From NCBI GenBank assembly GCA_022565265.1, contig JAIUNA010000001.1, positions 1 to 40,672 of the forward strand: a stretch of DNA of 40,672 bases, given 5' to 3'. Below are positions 1 through 9,233 of the stretch, piece after piece. The notes beneath the pieces were generated by a model, which saw only the letters and a program-made list of their open reading frames with translations, did no database searches and had not been told where the DNA came from. Made by a program: the position numbers and the translations under genes. Each line of letters opens with the position of its first letter. The stretch's first letter is position 1. The stretch is from Roseinatronobacter sp. Its GTDB lineage: Bacteria > Pseudomonadota > Alphaproteobacteria > Rhodobacterales > Rhodobacteraceae.

Positions 1-504
1 ATTGCGCAACTGTTCTGATTCCGGGCGCATTGGGCGGGCGCGCAAACTCATTCCGGCCTCGCGCAATGTCTGTGACCCTTTGCGCAGCTTGCACGGCGCG
101 CAGGCGGCCACAACGTTTTCCCAGCTTGTCACCCCACCCAGCTTGCGCGGAAGCACATGATCAAAGGTCAGATCATGTTTTGCGCCGCAATATTGGCAGG
201 TAAATTCATCGCGCAAAAACAAGTTGAAGCGCGTAAATGCCACACGTTTGCGCGGCTTCACATAATCGCGCAGCACCACCACAGAAGGCACGCGGATTTC
301 CATCCGCTGGCTGCGCACAACATGATCATATTCCGCCAGAATATCGACCCTGTCCAAAAACACCGCCTTTACCGCATCCTGCCATGGCCAAAGCGACAGC
401 GGGTAATACGATAGCGGGCGGTAATCGGCATTCAGCACAAGTGCCGGAAATTGCCGCAAGGCGACCGGGTCGCGCACGAATTCAGTTCTGAAATCACCAT
501 CCAC
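1..504 (-). CDS. HNH endonuclease (McrA/COG1403-like), 3' end beyond window edge
   Basis: Manual translation from GTG at 504 (GGAGG 8 nt upstream): MDGDFRTEFVRDPVALRQFPALVLNADYRPLS...RDEFTCQYCG...LTFDHVLPRKLGGVTSWENVVAACAPCKLRKG. Has two CxxC pairs and the DH...N core. Open to position 1, so absent from the ORF track. Confidence 0.92.
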   Translation of the reverse strand, partial: MDGDFRTEFVRDPVALRQFPALVLNADYRPLSYYPLSLWPWQDAVKAVFLDRVDILAEYDHVVRSQRMEIRVPSVVVLRDYVKPRKRVAFTRFNLFLRDEFTCQYCGAKHDLTFDHVLPRKLGGVTSWENVVAACAPCKLRKGSQTLREAGMSLRARPMRPESEQLRN

Positions 505-598
505 AGGTGCTGCCTCCGTTCAAGCAGCCCTTGGGGCGTCATCCTGCGCGCGCCCCGCAGGGCCGTCGGCGTGCTGCGCCACAGCATCGCCATGTGCA

Positions 599-655
599 AC
601 ACTATATATGGGGCGAAGCATCTGGCAAGCCTTTAGAGAGCACCAGATGTCGCAG
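599..655. promoter_or_regulatory. Tandem NrdR-box-like sites overlapping a putative promoter of the HNH gene
   Basis: ACACTATATATGGGGC (599-614) and GCACCAGATGTCGCAG (640-655) resemble acaCwAtATaTwGtgt and start 41 bp apart. Minus-strand TTGCCA (628-623), 16 nt, TATAGT (606-601) overlaps box 1. Confidence 0.6.
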
Positions 656-713
656 CCCCGGTATTAGGGCCGCGACACTTCAGAATTATGACAGGCACAG
701 CACGTGTTGCGCC

Positions 714-1379
714 TTATTTGGGCAGCTTTTCGCGCAGAAAAGACAACGCAAGAGACAGCCCATCATGGGCGATACCATGGCCCGTGCCTTTGGAAATATG
801 GCTATAGGTTTCAAACCCGGCCGCTGCCAGCGCATCTGCAGCCTGTGGCAGGCTTGCAAGCGGCACCACCTCGTCCTGATCGCCATGCACCAAAAGGATC
901 GGGGGCTTGGAGATTGTCGCCCCTTCCAGCAATTCCGGCTGCATCAAGCGGCCCGAAAACCCCACCACCCCGGCAATCGGGGCCGCACGGCGGGGGGCAA
1001 CATGCAAGCTCATCATCGTGCCTTGCGAAAAGCCTACCAGTGCCAACCTGTCTGGCGTCAGGCCCTCGTCTGTCAACAGTTGGTCGAGAAAGGCGTTCAG
1101 ATCGTCTGCCGCCGCAGCCAGCCCGGCCAAAGCCTGCTCTTCGCTTGACCCATCCAACCAGGGAATCGGGAACCACTGATACCCAAAGGGATTGGCGGTG
1201 CATTTTTCGGGCGCATCGGGGGCAAAAAACGCAGTATCGGGCAAATGCGGCCCCAAAGGATCGGCCAGCCCCAGCAGATCGCTGCCATCCGCGCCATATC
1301 CATGCACAAAAACTACAGCCGTTTTTGCCGTCCCGCCTGAAACGGGGCCGCGGCGACCAGATGCAAGCGCGCGTGTCAT
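714..1379 (-). CDS. Phospholipase/carboxylesterase (alpha/beta hydrolase)
   Basis: HGYG oxyanion motif, GFSQG nucleophile elbow, HGDQDEVV and GHGI triad motifs. Start MTRALASGRR at 1379 overlaps the upstream stop (ATGA). Confidence 0.92.
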   Translation of the reverse strand: MTRALASGRRGPVSGGTAKTAVVFVHGYGADGSDLLGLADPLGPHLPDTAFFAPDAPEKCTANPFGYQWFPIPWLDGSSEEQALAGLAAAADDLNAFLDQLLTDEGLTPDRLALVGFSQGTMMSLHVAPRRAAPIAGVVGFSGRLMQPELLEGATISKPPILLVHGDQDEVVPLASLPQAADALAAAGFETYSHISKGTGHGIAHDGLSLALSFLREKLPK

Positions 1380-2005
1380 GTGATTCCTTCCCTCTCGGTT
1401 TCCACCCGGTAATAAGCCCAGAGTAACCCCGCCGCAACGGTGCGCCATGGCGTCCATGCAGCCGATAGCTTCCGTAACGCGGCTTCTTTCGGGCGCTCTG
1501 GAAGTGCAAAAAGCCGTTTCGCGGATTCTTGCAAGGCAAGATCAGCAGGTGCGAAGACATCCGCACGGCCAAGGCTGAACATTGCATAAATCTCTGCAGT
1601 CCAATGGCCTATGCCGGGAACTTCAACCAAAATACGCACCACTTCCGTATCCGGTAGCGCCCGAAGTGCCGCGAAATCTATGCCAGAGGCCGCCAGCGCG
1701 CGCGCATAACGCATTTTCTGCCCCGACAGGCCCGGCGCGCGCAAAGTTTCATCATCTGCCGCCAATACGGCCTCTGGTGTGACCAGCCCCGCCACTTCCA
1801 TGCGCCCCCAGATGGCGCGGGCGGCATGGGTGCTGACTTGTTGGCTGACAATGGCGCTTAAAACATGCGCAAACCCATCTGGCTTGCGCCGCAAGGGCGG
1901 TGTTCCGGTCAGGCGCAGCGCATGGGCGAAGCGCGGCGCTTGCGCGGCCAGCCAGAGCGCGCCTTCCTCCATGCACTCTTGCGTTGTCAGAATGCGCCCC
2001 ACCAT
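1376..2005 (-). CDS. alkA: DNA-3-methyladenine glycosylase II (AlkA/HhH-GPD family)
   Basis: AIVSQQVS, helix-hairpin-helix VPGIGHWTAE, DVFAPADLAL, WTPWR. Start MVGRIL at 2005. Confidence 0.88.
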   Translation of the reverse strand: MVGRILTTQECMEEGALWLAAQAPRFAHALRLTGTPPLRRKPDGFAHVLSAIVSQQVSTHAARAIWGRMEVAGLVTPEAVLAADDETLRAPGLSGQKMRYARALAASGIDFAALRALPDTEVVRILVEVPGIGHWTAEIYAMFSLGRADVFAPADLALQESAKRLFALPERPKEAALRKLSAAWTPWRTVAAGLLWAYYRVETEREGIT

Positions 2006-2079
2006 CAGCCCTGCGCCTTTTTTCTGCACATGTAAAACACCTCTTCCCCCCGGCATAAATCAGGTCTAATCCTGCGCGC

Positions 2080-3297
2080 ATGAGCGATACAGTTGCAACC
2101 CCCGATAACACCCGCGCAAAGCGCAATGTCATTGTTCTGGTGGCAGCCCAAGCGATTGTGGGCGCGCAACTGCCGATCCTGTTCATTATCGGCGGGCTGA
2201 CGGGGCAGATGCTGGCCTCTAACCCCTGCTGGGCCACTTTGCCCATCTCCATGATTGTTCTGGGGTCTATGGCCGCGGCCACGCCGCTATCCAGCTTCAT
2301 GCAGGCCTATGGGCGGCGCGCGGGGTTCTGGCTGGCCTGTGGGGCGGGCGCTGTTGGGGCGGCAATTTCGGCCTATGCGCTGATGCTTGGCTCTTTTGCG
2401 CTTTTCCTGCTCGGCTCTTTCATCACGGGCACATATATGTCGGCAAACGGGTTTTACCGCTTTGCTGCCACAGATACCGCCAGCCCCGAATTCCGGCCCA
2501 AGGCGATTTCCTATGTCATGGCGGGCGGGCTTTTATCGGCGGTCTTTGGGCCACAGCTTGTATCATTCACCACAGATGCGATGTCGGTTCCGTTTCTGGC
2601 AACATATCTGGCGGTTATCGGGCTGAATATTGCAGGCGTTGTGTTGCTCAGCGCGCTGGATATCCCCACCCCGCCCAAACCCAGCAGCACCACCCTTGCC
2701 GGGCGTTCGCGGCGCGAATTGCTCAGCGTGCCTGTTATCGCCGTGGCAGTGATTTGCGGCACGGTATCTTATGCGCTGATGAATCTGGTCATGACCTCTA
2801 CACCCTTGGCCGTGGTTGGGTGCGGCTTTGCCACATCGGATGCGGCCAATATCGTTTCGGCCCATGTTCTGGCCATGTATGCGCCATCCTTCTTCACTGG
2901 CCATCTGATTGCGCGCTTTGGTGCGCGCAGCATTGTGGCTTTGGGGCTGGTTATCCTTGCGGCCTCTGGCGCCGTGGCCATGACAGGGGTGGAGTTGGAG
3001 CAGTTTTACATAGCCCTGATCCTTCTGGGCGTGGGCTGGAATTTTGGCTTTATCGGGGCCACAAGCATGCTGACTGCCGCACATTCCCCCGAAGAGCGCG
3101 GGCGCATTCAGGGCATGAATGATATGATCGTCTTTGGGGGCGTATTTCTCGCCTCGCTCAGCTCTGGCACGCTGATGAACTGCTCTGGCGGGAATGCCGA
3201 AACTGGCTGGCAATTGGTCAATCTAGCAATGCTGCCTTTCCTTGTTCTGGCAGGCAGCGCGCTGATCTGGCTGGCGCTGCGCCCGCGCGCGGTGTGA
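2080..3297 (+). CDS. MFS transporter
   Basis: 405 aa with about 12 hydrophobic segments; YGRRAGF and ARFGAR loop motifs; YRFAATD. Confidence 0.9.
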   Translation: MSDTVATPDNTRAKRNVIVLVAAQAIVGAQLPILFIIGGLTGQMLASNPCWATLPISMIVLGSMAAATPLSSFMQAYGRRAGFWLACGAGAVGAAISAYALMLGSFALFLLGSFITGTYMSANGFYRFAATDTASPEFRPKAISYVMAGGLLSAVFGPQLVSFTTDAMSVPFLATYLAVIGLNIAGVVLLSALDIPTPPKPSSTTLAGRSRRELLSVPVIAVAVICGTVSYALMNLVMTSTPLAVVGCGFATSDAANIVSAHVLAMYAPSFFTGHLIARFGARSIVALGLVILAASGAVAMTGVELEQFYIALILLGVGWNFGFIGATSMLTAAHSPEERGRIQGMNDMIVFGGVFLASLSSGTLMNCSGGNAETGWQLVNLAMLPFLVLAGSALIWLALRPRAV

Positions 3298-3420
3298 TCG
3301 ACCGCGCGTAGGTCGCTCTCAACAGTTTGGAAAACAGCCCTTACACGGGTGAAAGTGAGTCTTTTATGACGCACCCAGCCGCTAAGCGGCGCTTTTGGCT
3401 GTCTGAGACCCGCTCAGTGG

Positions 3421-3450
3421 TTGACACAAATCATGATTTTAGAGATTTTT
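3421..3450 (+). promoter_or_regulatory. Putative sigma70 promoter with palindromic operator upstream of the lipoprotein gene
   Basis: TTGACA at 3421-3426 followed by the perfect palindrome AAATCATGATTT (3428-3439) in an AT-rich patch. Confidence 0.45.
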
Positions 3451-3478
3451 AGGAAAAATTATAACTAATGAGGCGATT

Positions 3479-4324
3479 ATGGGCAGTCATTTCACGACGC
3501 CGCTTTTGGCGGTGGGTATTTTCGCGATTGCGGGATGTGGCGGCGGGGGCGGCGGCGCTGGCGGAACGCCATTTGTCACGCGCAATTCAACCACAATCGA
3601 CAGCCAGACATTCGCCGCCTCTGTCGCGCGCGCCAACCTGTTTCGCCGCAGCAACGATGGCGCGATGGTCTTGCAGATCACCGAAGGGTCGATGGCCGGG
3701 GTTAGCATAAGCTGCCTTGACGGGCAGATGCAGAATTGCACGGTTCTTGGCGGGGCAAATAATACGGGCACAGGCGGTTTGACCCAGCATTTGCAGGGAG
3801 AGTACGCTTTTGTCGGAAATTTCCGTATAGATCAGCGCATTGATGGCGAAAATGCCAGCGCCGCGCAGCTTGTTCATGCGGGGGCCTTGGATAGACACGC
3901 CACGCAACCAAATTTGCCGCGTAGCGACATACCGACCAGCTATCAAGGACAGTTTCGGGGCAGCGCGGGTTTGATTGATGGCCCGTATGGATTGGTTGGC
4001 GGGGATGCCGTGCTAGAGGTAAACTTCGCAGCAGGTTTGCTTGCAGCGCGGTTCAACGGTGGGTTTCCAGATGGTGGAGCACCTATTTCGGCGGCTTTCA
4101 ACAATGTGACCATCAATTCCCAGACAGGGCAATACACTTCAACGGATGCAACTGTCATGACATTTCAGAATGCCGATGCAGGCGGCAATTTTGACGGCGC
4201 TTTCTATGGCCCCAACGGGCAAGAGGCAGCAGGGATTTTCAATCTTGGCAACGAAACCCACGGCGGCATGAGCGGGATTTTTCTTGCCTGTCAAAATACC
4301 CCCACCTGCCTTGCGCAAGATTGA
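3479..4324 (+). CDS. Lipoprotein with transferrin-binding-protein-like (TbpB-type) C-terminal beta-barrel
   Basis: Signal peptide ending in lipobox IAG-C, poly-Gly linker, and C-terminal YQGQF...VNF...FDGAFYGPNGQEAAGIF typical of TbpB/Slam-substrate barrels. Confidence 0.75.
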   Translation: MGSHFTTPLLAVGIFAIAGCGGGGGGAGGTPFVTRNSTTIDSQTFAASVARANLFRRSNDGAMVLQITEGSMAGVSISCLDGQMQNCTVLGGANNTGTGGLTQHLQGEYAFVGNFRIDQRIDGENASAAQLVHAGALDRHATQPNLPRSDIPTSYQGQFRGSAGLIDGPYGLVGGDAVLEVNFAAGLLAARFNGGFPDGGAPISAAFNNVTINSQTGQYTSTDATVMTFQNADAGGNFDGAFYGPNGQEAAGIFNLGNETHGGMSGIFLACQNTPTCLAQD

Positions 4325-4330
4325 TCTCTG

Positions 4331-4828
4331 TCAGAGGCGGCCAAAGCGTTCCAGCAGCGCCGCCTCGATCGCGGGAGAGACGAATTTCGACACATCCCCC
4401 CCCAGTCGGGCGATTTCCTTCACCAGTTTCGAGGCAATCGCCTGATGCCGGGCCTCTGCCATGAGAAAAACAGTCTCTATACTGTCATCCATCGCGCGGT
4501 TCATCCCGACCATCTGGAATTCATATTCAAAATCCGTCACAGCCCGCAGCCCGCGAATGATGATAGAGGCCCCCCCATCTCGCGCGCAATCAATCACCAA
4601 GTGCTCGAATGGATGGGCGATAATCTCTACCCCTGTGCGCGCGCTCAGGTCTTGGACTTCGGCCTCTATCATCGCCACACGCTCTTCCAGCGTAAACAAT
4701 GGCCCCTTGTCACGATTTATCGCAACCCCGATCACCAGACGATCCACCAGTTGGGCCGCGCGGGTGATGATATCCCGATGCCCCAATGTCAGTGGATCAA
4801 ACGTTCCCGGATAAAGCCCGATACGCAT
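4331..4828 (-). CDS. coaD: Pantetheine-phosphate adenylyltransferase
   Basis: YPGTFDPLTLGH, IIRGLRAVTDFEYEFQM, IASKLVKEIA. True start MRIGLY at 4828. Confidence 0.97.
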   Translation of the reverse strand: MRIGLYPGTFDPLTLGHRDIITRAAQLVDRLVIGVAINRDKGPLFTLEERVAMIEAEVQDLSARTGVEIIAHPFEHLVIDCARDGGASIIIRGLRAVTDFEYEFQMVGMNRAMDDSIETVFLMAEARHQAIASKLVKEIARLGGDVSKFVSPAIEAALLERFGRL

Positions 4829-5025
4829 AGCGGTTCCCCCTGCTTCTCTTGAAGGGCACGCAACAATATTGCGCGCCAAGATGCAAGCCTGTCCTGTGGC
4901 CCGGCCGGGGAAATTTGGCAAAAGTCGCGACACTGGCAGTGCTTGACCCGCAGAAATTCCACCAACCGCTTGCCCTGCCCCGCCATCATCGCTACCACCA
5001 CCCCTGCCCCCGATGAGCATAGCAT

Positions 5026-5634
5026 ATGTCGATTTCCGTATTTCTGACAGGTTTGGCAATGGGGCTGACGCTCATTCTGGCGATTGGGGCGCAAAATGCG
5101 TTTGTCTTGCGTCAGGGATTGCGCGGCGAGCATGTCTTTGCTGTCTGCCTGACATGCGCGCTGTCAGATGCGGCGCTTATTATTCTTGGTGTATCAGGGT
5201 TTAGCAAGATCGCGGCAATTCTGCCATGGATTGAACCCGTCATGCGCTATGCAGGCGCGGGGTTTCTGCTGTGGTATGGGGCGCGCAGTCTGCGTGCGGC
5301 GCTTTCCTCTGGCGCGGCGTTGCATGTCAGCGGCGAGGGGGCAACCGTGCCGCTTGCTTCTACGCTTTTGGCATGCCTTGCGATCACATGGCTCAATCCC
5401 CATGTCTATCTGGATACGGTCGTCCTTCTTGGCACAATCTCGACCGGGTTTCCGGGGCAGGAAGCGATTTTCGGCGCGGGGGCTGTTTTTGGTTCATTCC
5501 TGTTCTTTTTCGCGCTGGGTTATGGCGCCACCCGCTTGCGCCCGGTTTTCGCAAAACCCAGTGCATGGCGCGTGTTGGACGGCACCATCGCCGTTGTGAT
5601 GTGGGCCATTGCGGCCAAGCTGGTTTTTGGCTGA
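5026..5634 (+). CDS. LysE/ArgO family amino acid exporter
   Basis: LILAIGAQNAFVLRQG and TWLNPHVYLDT signatures. Confidence 0.93.
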   Translation: MSISVFLTGLAMGLTLILAIGAQNAFVLRQGLRGEHVFAVCLTCALSDAALIILGVSGFSKIAAILPWIEPVMRYAGAGFLLWYGARSLRAALSSGAALHVSGEGATVPLASTLLACLAITWLNPHVYLDTVVLLGTISTGFPGQEAIFGAGAVFGSFLFFFALGYGATRLRPVFAKPSAWRVLDGTIAVVMWAIAAKLVFG

Positions 5635-5677
5635 AAATGCGCGCGGCGTCATCGCTCTGCCCTTGCCAGACAAAAAG

Positions 5678-5694
5678 CGCCTTTAAATTGGGCA
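5678..5694. promoter_or_regulatory. NtrC-box-like site upstream of the transglutaminase operon
   Basis: CGCC-TTTAAATTG-GGCA matches CGCC-N9-GGC with an AT-rich core, about 110 bp before the start codon. Confidence 0.5.
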
Positions 5695-5803
5695 TGCAGG
5701 GCGTCTATATCTGATATATGCAGCATTATCCGCGCTTCTCGCTCACATTCCGCATGATCCGCGATAGCGTTGGCCAAGCACATCAAGAACTGGACAGGAC
5801 ACA

Positions 5804-8800
5804 ATGGCCATTCATGCCAGCATCTACCACCTGACACATTATATTTATGACAGGCCAGTCATGCTTGGCCCGCAAGTGATCCGTTTGCGCCCTGCGCCGC
5901 ATTCACGCACACGCGTTCTGTCACACAGCCTCAAGGTCAGCCCCGGCGGGCATTTCGTAAACCACCAGCAAGACCCATATGGCAACTGGCTGGCGCGTTT
6001 CGTCTTTCCCGAACCCGTGCGTGAATTGAAAATCGAGGTCGATCTGACAGCCGATATGTCTGTCTATAATCCGTTTGATTTCTTTACCGAAGACGGGGCA
6101 GAAAACTGGCCCCTCACCTACCCGGCTGATTTGGCAGAGGATTTGGTGATCTACAAGCGCGCCGAACCCGCTGGCCCGCTATTGCAAGCGTTTCTGGACA
6201 AATTTCCGCGCGAGCCGCGGCCCACGGTGGATTTTCTGGTGCTTCTCAACCGCACGGTAAATGCCGCTATCCACTACACAATCCGTATGGAACCGGGTGT
6301 GCAGACACCTGAAGAAACTTTGGGCAGCGCAGAAGGATCGTGCCGCGATTCAAGCTGGCTATTGGTGCAGGCGCTGCGGCATCTGGGCGTTGCGGCGCGG
6401 TTTGTGTCTGGCTATCTGATCCAGCTTGCCCCCGATGTAAAAGCGCTGGATGGGCCATCTGGCACAGAGGTGGATTTCACCGATCTGCATGCTTGGGTAG
6501 AGGCCTATATTCCCGGCGCGGGCTGGATCGGGCTTGATCCCACATCGGGGCTGTTGACAGGGGAAAGCCACATCCCCCTTGCCGCAACGCCCCATTACCG
6601 CAACGCCGCCCCCATTTCGGGCGGGTTTTCCGGCGCGCCCGATACGAAGATTGATTTCAACTTTGAAATGCGCGTGCAGCGCCTTGCCGAGCATCCCCGC
6701 ATTACCAAGCCCTTCAGCGATGCGGCATGGGAAAAGCTCAACACCATGGGTGCAAAGGTAGATGAGGCCCTGAACGCTGCTGATCTGCGCCTGACAATGG
6801 GCGGAGAGCCAACTTTCGTTTCTATCGACGATTTTGAAACTGCGGAATGGAATACCGAGGCCGTTGGCCCCACCAAACGCGATTTGGCCGACAAGCTGAT
6901 ACGGCGCTTGCGCACACGCTTTGCGCCGAGTGGGTTTTTGCATTACGGGCAAGGCAAATGGTATCCGGGCGAAACCCTGCCACGCTGGACATTCTCGCTG
7001 TATTGGCGCCACGATGGCCAGCCCGTCTGGAAAAACCCCGATCTGGTGGCGCAAGAGGCGCAAGATTACAACGTGGGCGCAGATCAAGCCGGGGAATTCC
7101 TCAAGAGCTTTGCTCAAAAGCTGGGGATAGAACCTGACTATGCGCAAGCCGCCTATGAAGACCCGGCAGAGTGGATTTTGAAGGAATCGCTCTTGCCGCC
7201 CAATGTGACGCCCGAAAATTCGCGCCTCAAAGATGCCGAAGAACGCGCGCGCATTGCCCGCGTCTTTGATCGCGGCCTCACAGAGGCGGCGGGCTTTGTG
7301 CTGCCGATCCAGCGCTGGCAGGGTGCTGCCCATGCGCCGCGCTGGCGCTCTGAGATGTGGAAACCCCGGCGCGGCAAGCTGTTTCTTGTGCCCGGCGACA
7401 GCCCTGTGGGCTTTCGCCTGCCGCTTGGCAGCCTTCCCTATGTCCCGCCCGCACAATACCCCTATACCTACCCTGCGGATAGCTCGATCCCTCTTGCCCC
7501 ACTGCCGGATTTTCACAGCCGCCACATTCCCCAGCGCGCCGAGGTAGAGGCAGAGATAGACCGCATCGCCCGCGAAGAGGCCGAGCAACAGGCCATGATG
7601 CCCCCGGTTTCGGCCGGGCATGAGCAGGCGGGCAAAGTGACGCTGGATGACACCCACCGCCAGCGGATTGTGGCGCAAGACGGCATAGACCCGGAACATG
7701 GCACAGTGCGCACCGCCATCGCAATAGAGCCGCGCGCAGGCCGGTTATGCCTGTTCATGCCGCCCTGCGAAACGCTGGAGGAATATCTTGATCTGCTGGC
7801 AGCGGCAGAGGCCACGGCGGCGGAATTGTCGCTTCCCATCCATATAGAGGGCTATGCCCCACCCAATGATCCGCGCCTGAATGTCATTCGCGTAGCGCCC
7901 GATCCCGGTGTAATAGAGGTGAATATCCACCCCGCCCATAATTGGGAGGATTGCGTGGCCACCACCGAAGCGATTTATGACGAGGCCCGCAATTGCCGCC
8001 TTGGGGCGGATAAATTCATGGTGGACGGGCGTCATTGCGGCACTGGCGGGGGCAATCACGTGGTTGTGGGTGGGGCCACGATGGCAGATAGCCCCTTTCT
8101 GCGCCGCCCCGATCTGCTCAAATCCCTGATCCTTATCTGGCAGCGCCATCCCTCGCTCAGTTACCTGTTTTCTGGCCTGTTCATTGGCCCGACCTCGCAG
8201 GCCCCCCGCATAGACGAGGCCCGCCATGACAGCCTGTATGAGCTGGAAATAGCCCTCGGCCAGATTGGTGATCCGGTTGCAGGCGGGCCATTGCCGCCGC
8301 CTTGGTTGGTGGACAGGTTGTTGCGCAACATCCTGATAGATGTGACAGGCAACACCCATCGCGCCGAAATTTGCATTGATAAACTCTATTCCCCCGATGG
8401 CCCAACAGGGCGTTTGGGGCTGGTGGAATTTCGCGGGTTTGAAATGCCGCCCCATCCGCGCATGAATCTGGCGCAGCAACTTTTGATCCGCGCCATCATA
8501 GCGCGGGTGGCGCAAGACCCTGTGCGCTCTGCCCCGGTGCGCTGGGGTACGGTGCTGCATGACCGTTTCATGCTGCCCCATTTCGTTTGGGAAGATTTCC
8601 TTGCGCTGCTGGCCGATCTGCGCGCGCATGGCTTTGATCTGGATCCCGAATGGTTTCGCGCGCAGGCCGAATTCCGCGTTCCTTTCTGCGGCCAGATCGA
8701 GGTGGAGGGCGTGCATCTGGAATTGCGTCAGGCGTTGGAGCCGTGGCATGTGCTGGGCGAAACCGGCGCGATTGGGGGCACTGTGCGCTATACCGACAGC

Positions 8801-9226
8801 TCGGTTGAACGGCTGCAAGTGCGGCTGACAGCGCTGCATCAGGATCGCTACACCGTGATGTGCAACCGCCGCCCCGTACCGCTGGCAAAAACGGGCATAT
8901 CGGGAGAGGCCGTGGCAGGGGTGCGGTTCAAGGCATGGCAACCCGCCGCAGCGCTGCACCCGGTCTTGCCTGTCAATGCGCCGCTGACATTCGATATCTA
9001 TGACACCTGGACAGGGCGCGCGATTGGCGGCTGTGTCTATCATGTAGCCCACCCGGGCGGGCGCAATTATGATACCTTCCCTGTGAACAGCTATGAGGCC
9101 GAGGCACGCCGCCTGTCACGGTTTGAAGCGCATGGCAATACGCCCGGCGCCTACCAGCCCGCATCGGAACGGGTGCATCCCGAATTCCCCATGACCCTCG
9201 ATTTGCGGCGCGCAAGCATTCCATGA
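5804..9226 (+). CDS. Transglutaminase-like domain fused to DUF2126 putative amidoligase
   Basis: N-terminal HLTHYIY..RLRP; triad GSCRD / DLHAWVE / GLDPTSG; then [36 protein letters not shown] of the DUF2126 ligase-like region. Confidence 0.92.
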   Translation: MAIHASIYHLTHYIYDRPVMLGPQVIRLRPAPHSRTRVLSHSLKVSPGGHFVNHQQDPYGNWLARFVFPEPVRELKIEVDLTADMSVYNPFDFFTEDGAENWPLTYPADLAEDLVIYKRAEPAGPLLQAFLDKFPREPRPTVDFLVLLNRTVNAAIHYTIRMEPGVQTPEETLGSAEGSCRDSSWLLVQALRHLGVAARFVSGYLIQLAPDVKALDGPSGTEVDFTDLHAWVEAYIPGAGWIGLDPTSGLLTGESHIPLAATPHYRNAAPISGGFSGAPDTKIDFNFEMRVQRLAEHPRITKPFSDAAWEKLNTMGAKVDEALNAADLRLTMGGEPTFVSIDDFETAEWNTEAVGPTKRDLADKLIRRLRTRFAPSGFLHYGQGKWYPGETLPRWTFSLYWRHDGQPVWKNPDLVAQEAQDYNVGADQAGEFLKSFAQKLGIEPDYAQAAYEDPAEWILKESLLPPNVTPENSRLKDAEERARIARVFDRGLTEAAGFVLPIQRWQGAAHAPRWRSEMWKPRRGKLFLVPGDSPVGFRLPLGSLPYVPPAQYPYTYPADSSIPLAPLPDFHSRHIPQRAEVEAEIDRIAREEAEQQAMMPPVSAGHEQAGKVTLDDTHRQRIVAQDGIDPEHGTVRTAIAIEPRAGRLCLFMPPCETLEEYLDLLAAAEATAAELSLPIHIEGYAPPNDPRLNVIRVAPDPGVIEVNIHPAHNWEDCVATTEAIYDEARNCRLGADKFMVDGRHCGTGGGNHVVVGGATMADSPFLRRPDLLKSLILIWQRHPSLSYLFSGLFIGPTSQAPRIDEARHDSLYELEIALGQIGDPVAGGPLPPPWLVDRLLRNILIDVTGNTHRAEICIDKLYSPDGPTGRLGLVEFRGFEMPPHPRMNLAQQLLIRAIIARVAQDPVRSAPVRWGTVLHDRFMLPHFVWEDFLALLADLRAHGFDLDPEWFRAQAEFRVPFCGQIEVEGVHLELRQALEPWHVLGETGAIGGTVRYTDSSVERLQVRLTALHQDRYTVMCNRRPVPLAKTGISGEAVAGVRFKAWQPAAALHPVLPVNAPLTFDIYDTWTGRAIGGCVYHVAHPGGRNYDTFPVNSYEAEARRLSRFEAHGNTPGAYQPASERVHPEFPMTLDLRRASIP

Positions 9227-9233
9227 CAGCGCC

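Noticed and set aside
157-1426. Plus-strand ORFs (157..414, 507..1148, 704..1426)
   Set aside because: Shadows of the minus-strand HNH and esterase genes with no recognisable motifs.
3286-3396. Hairpins after the MFS gene (3286-3308 and 3378-3390)
   Set aside because: One lacks a U-tract and the other has a short stem; too weak to call as terminators.
4829-5059. N-terminal extension of coaD in the ORF track
   Set aside because: CoaD similarity begins at MRIGLY (4828) and the extension overlaps the divergent lysE-like gene.
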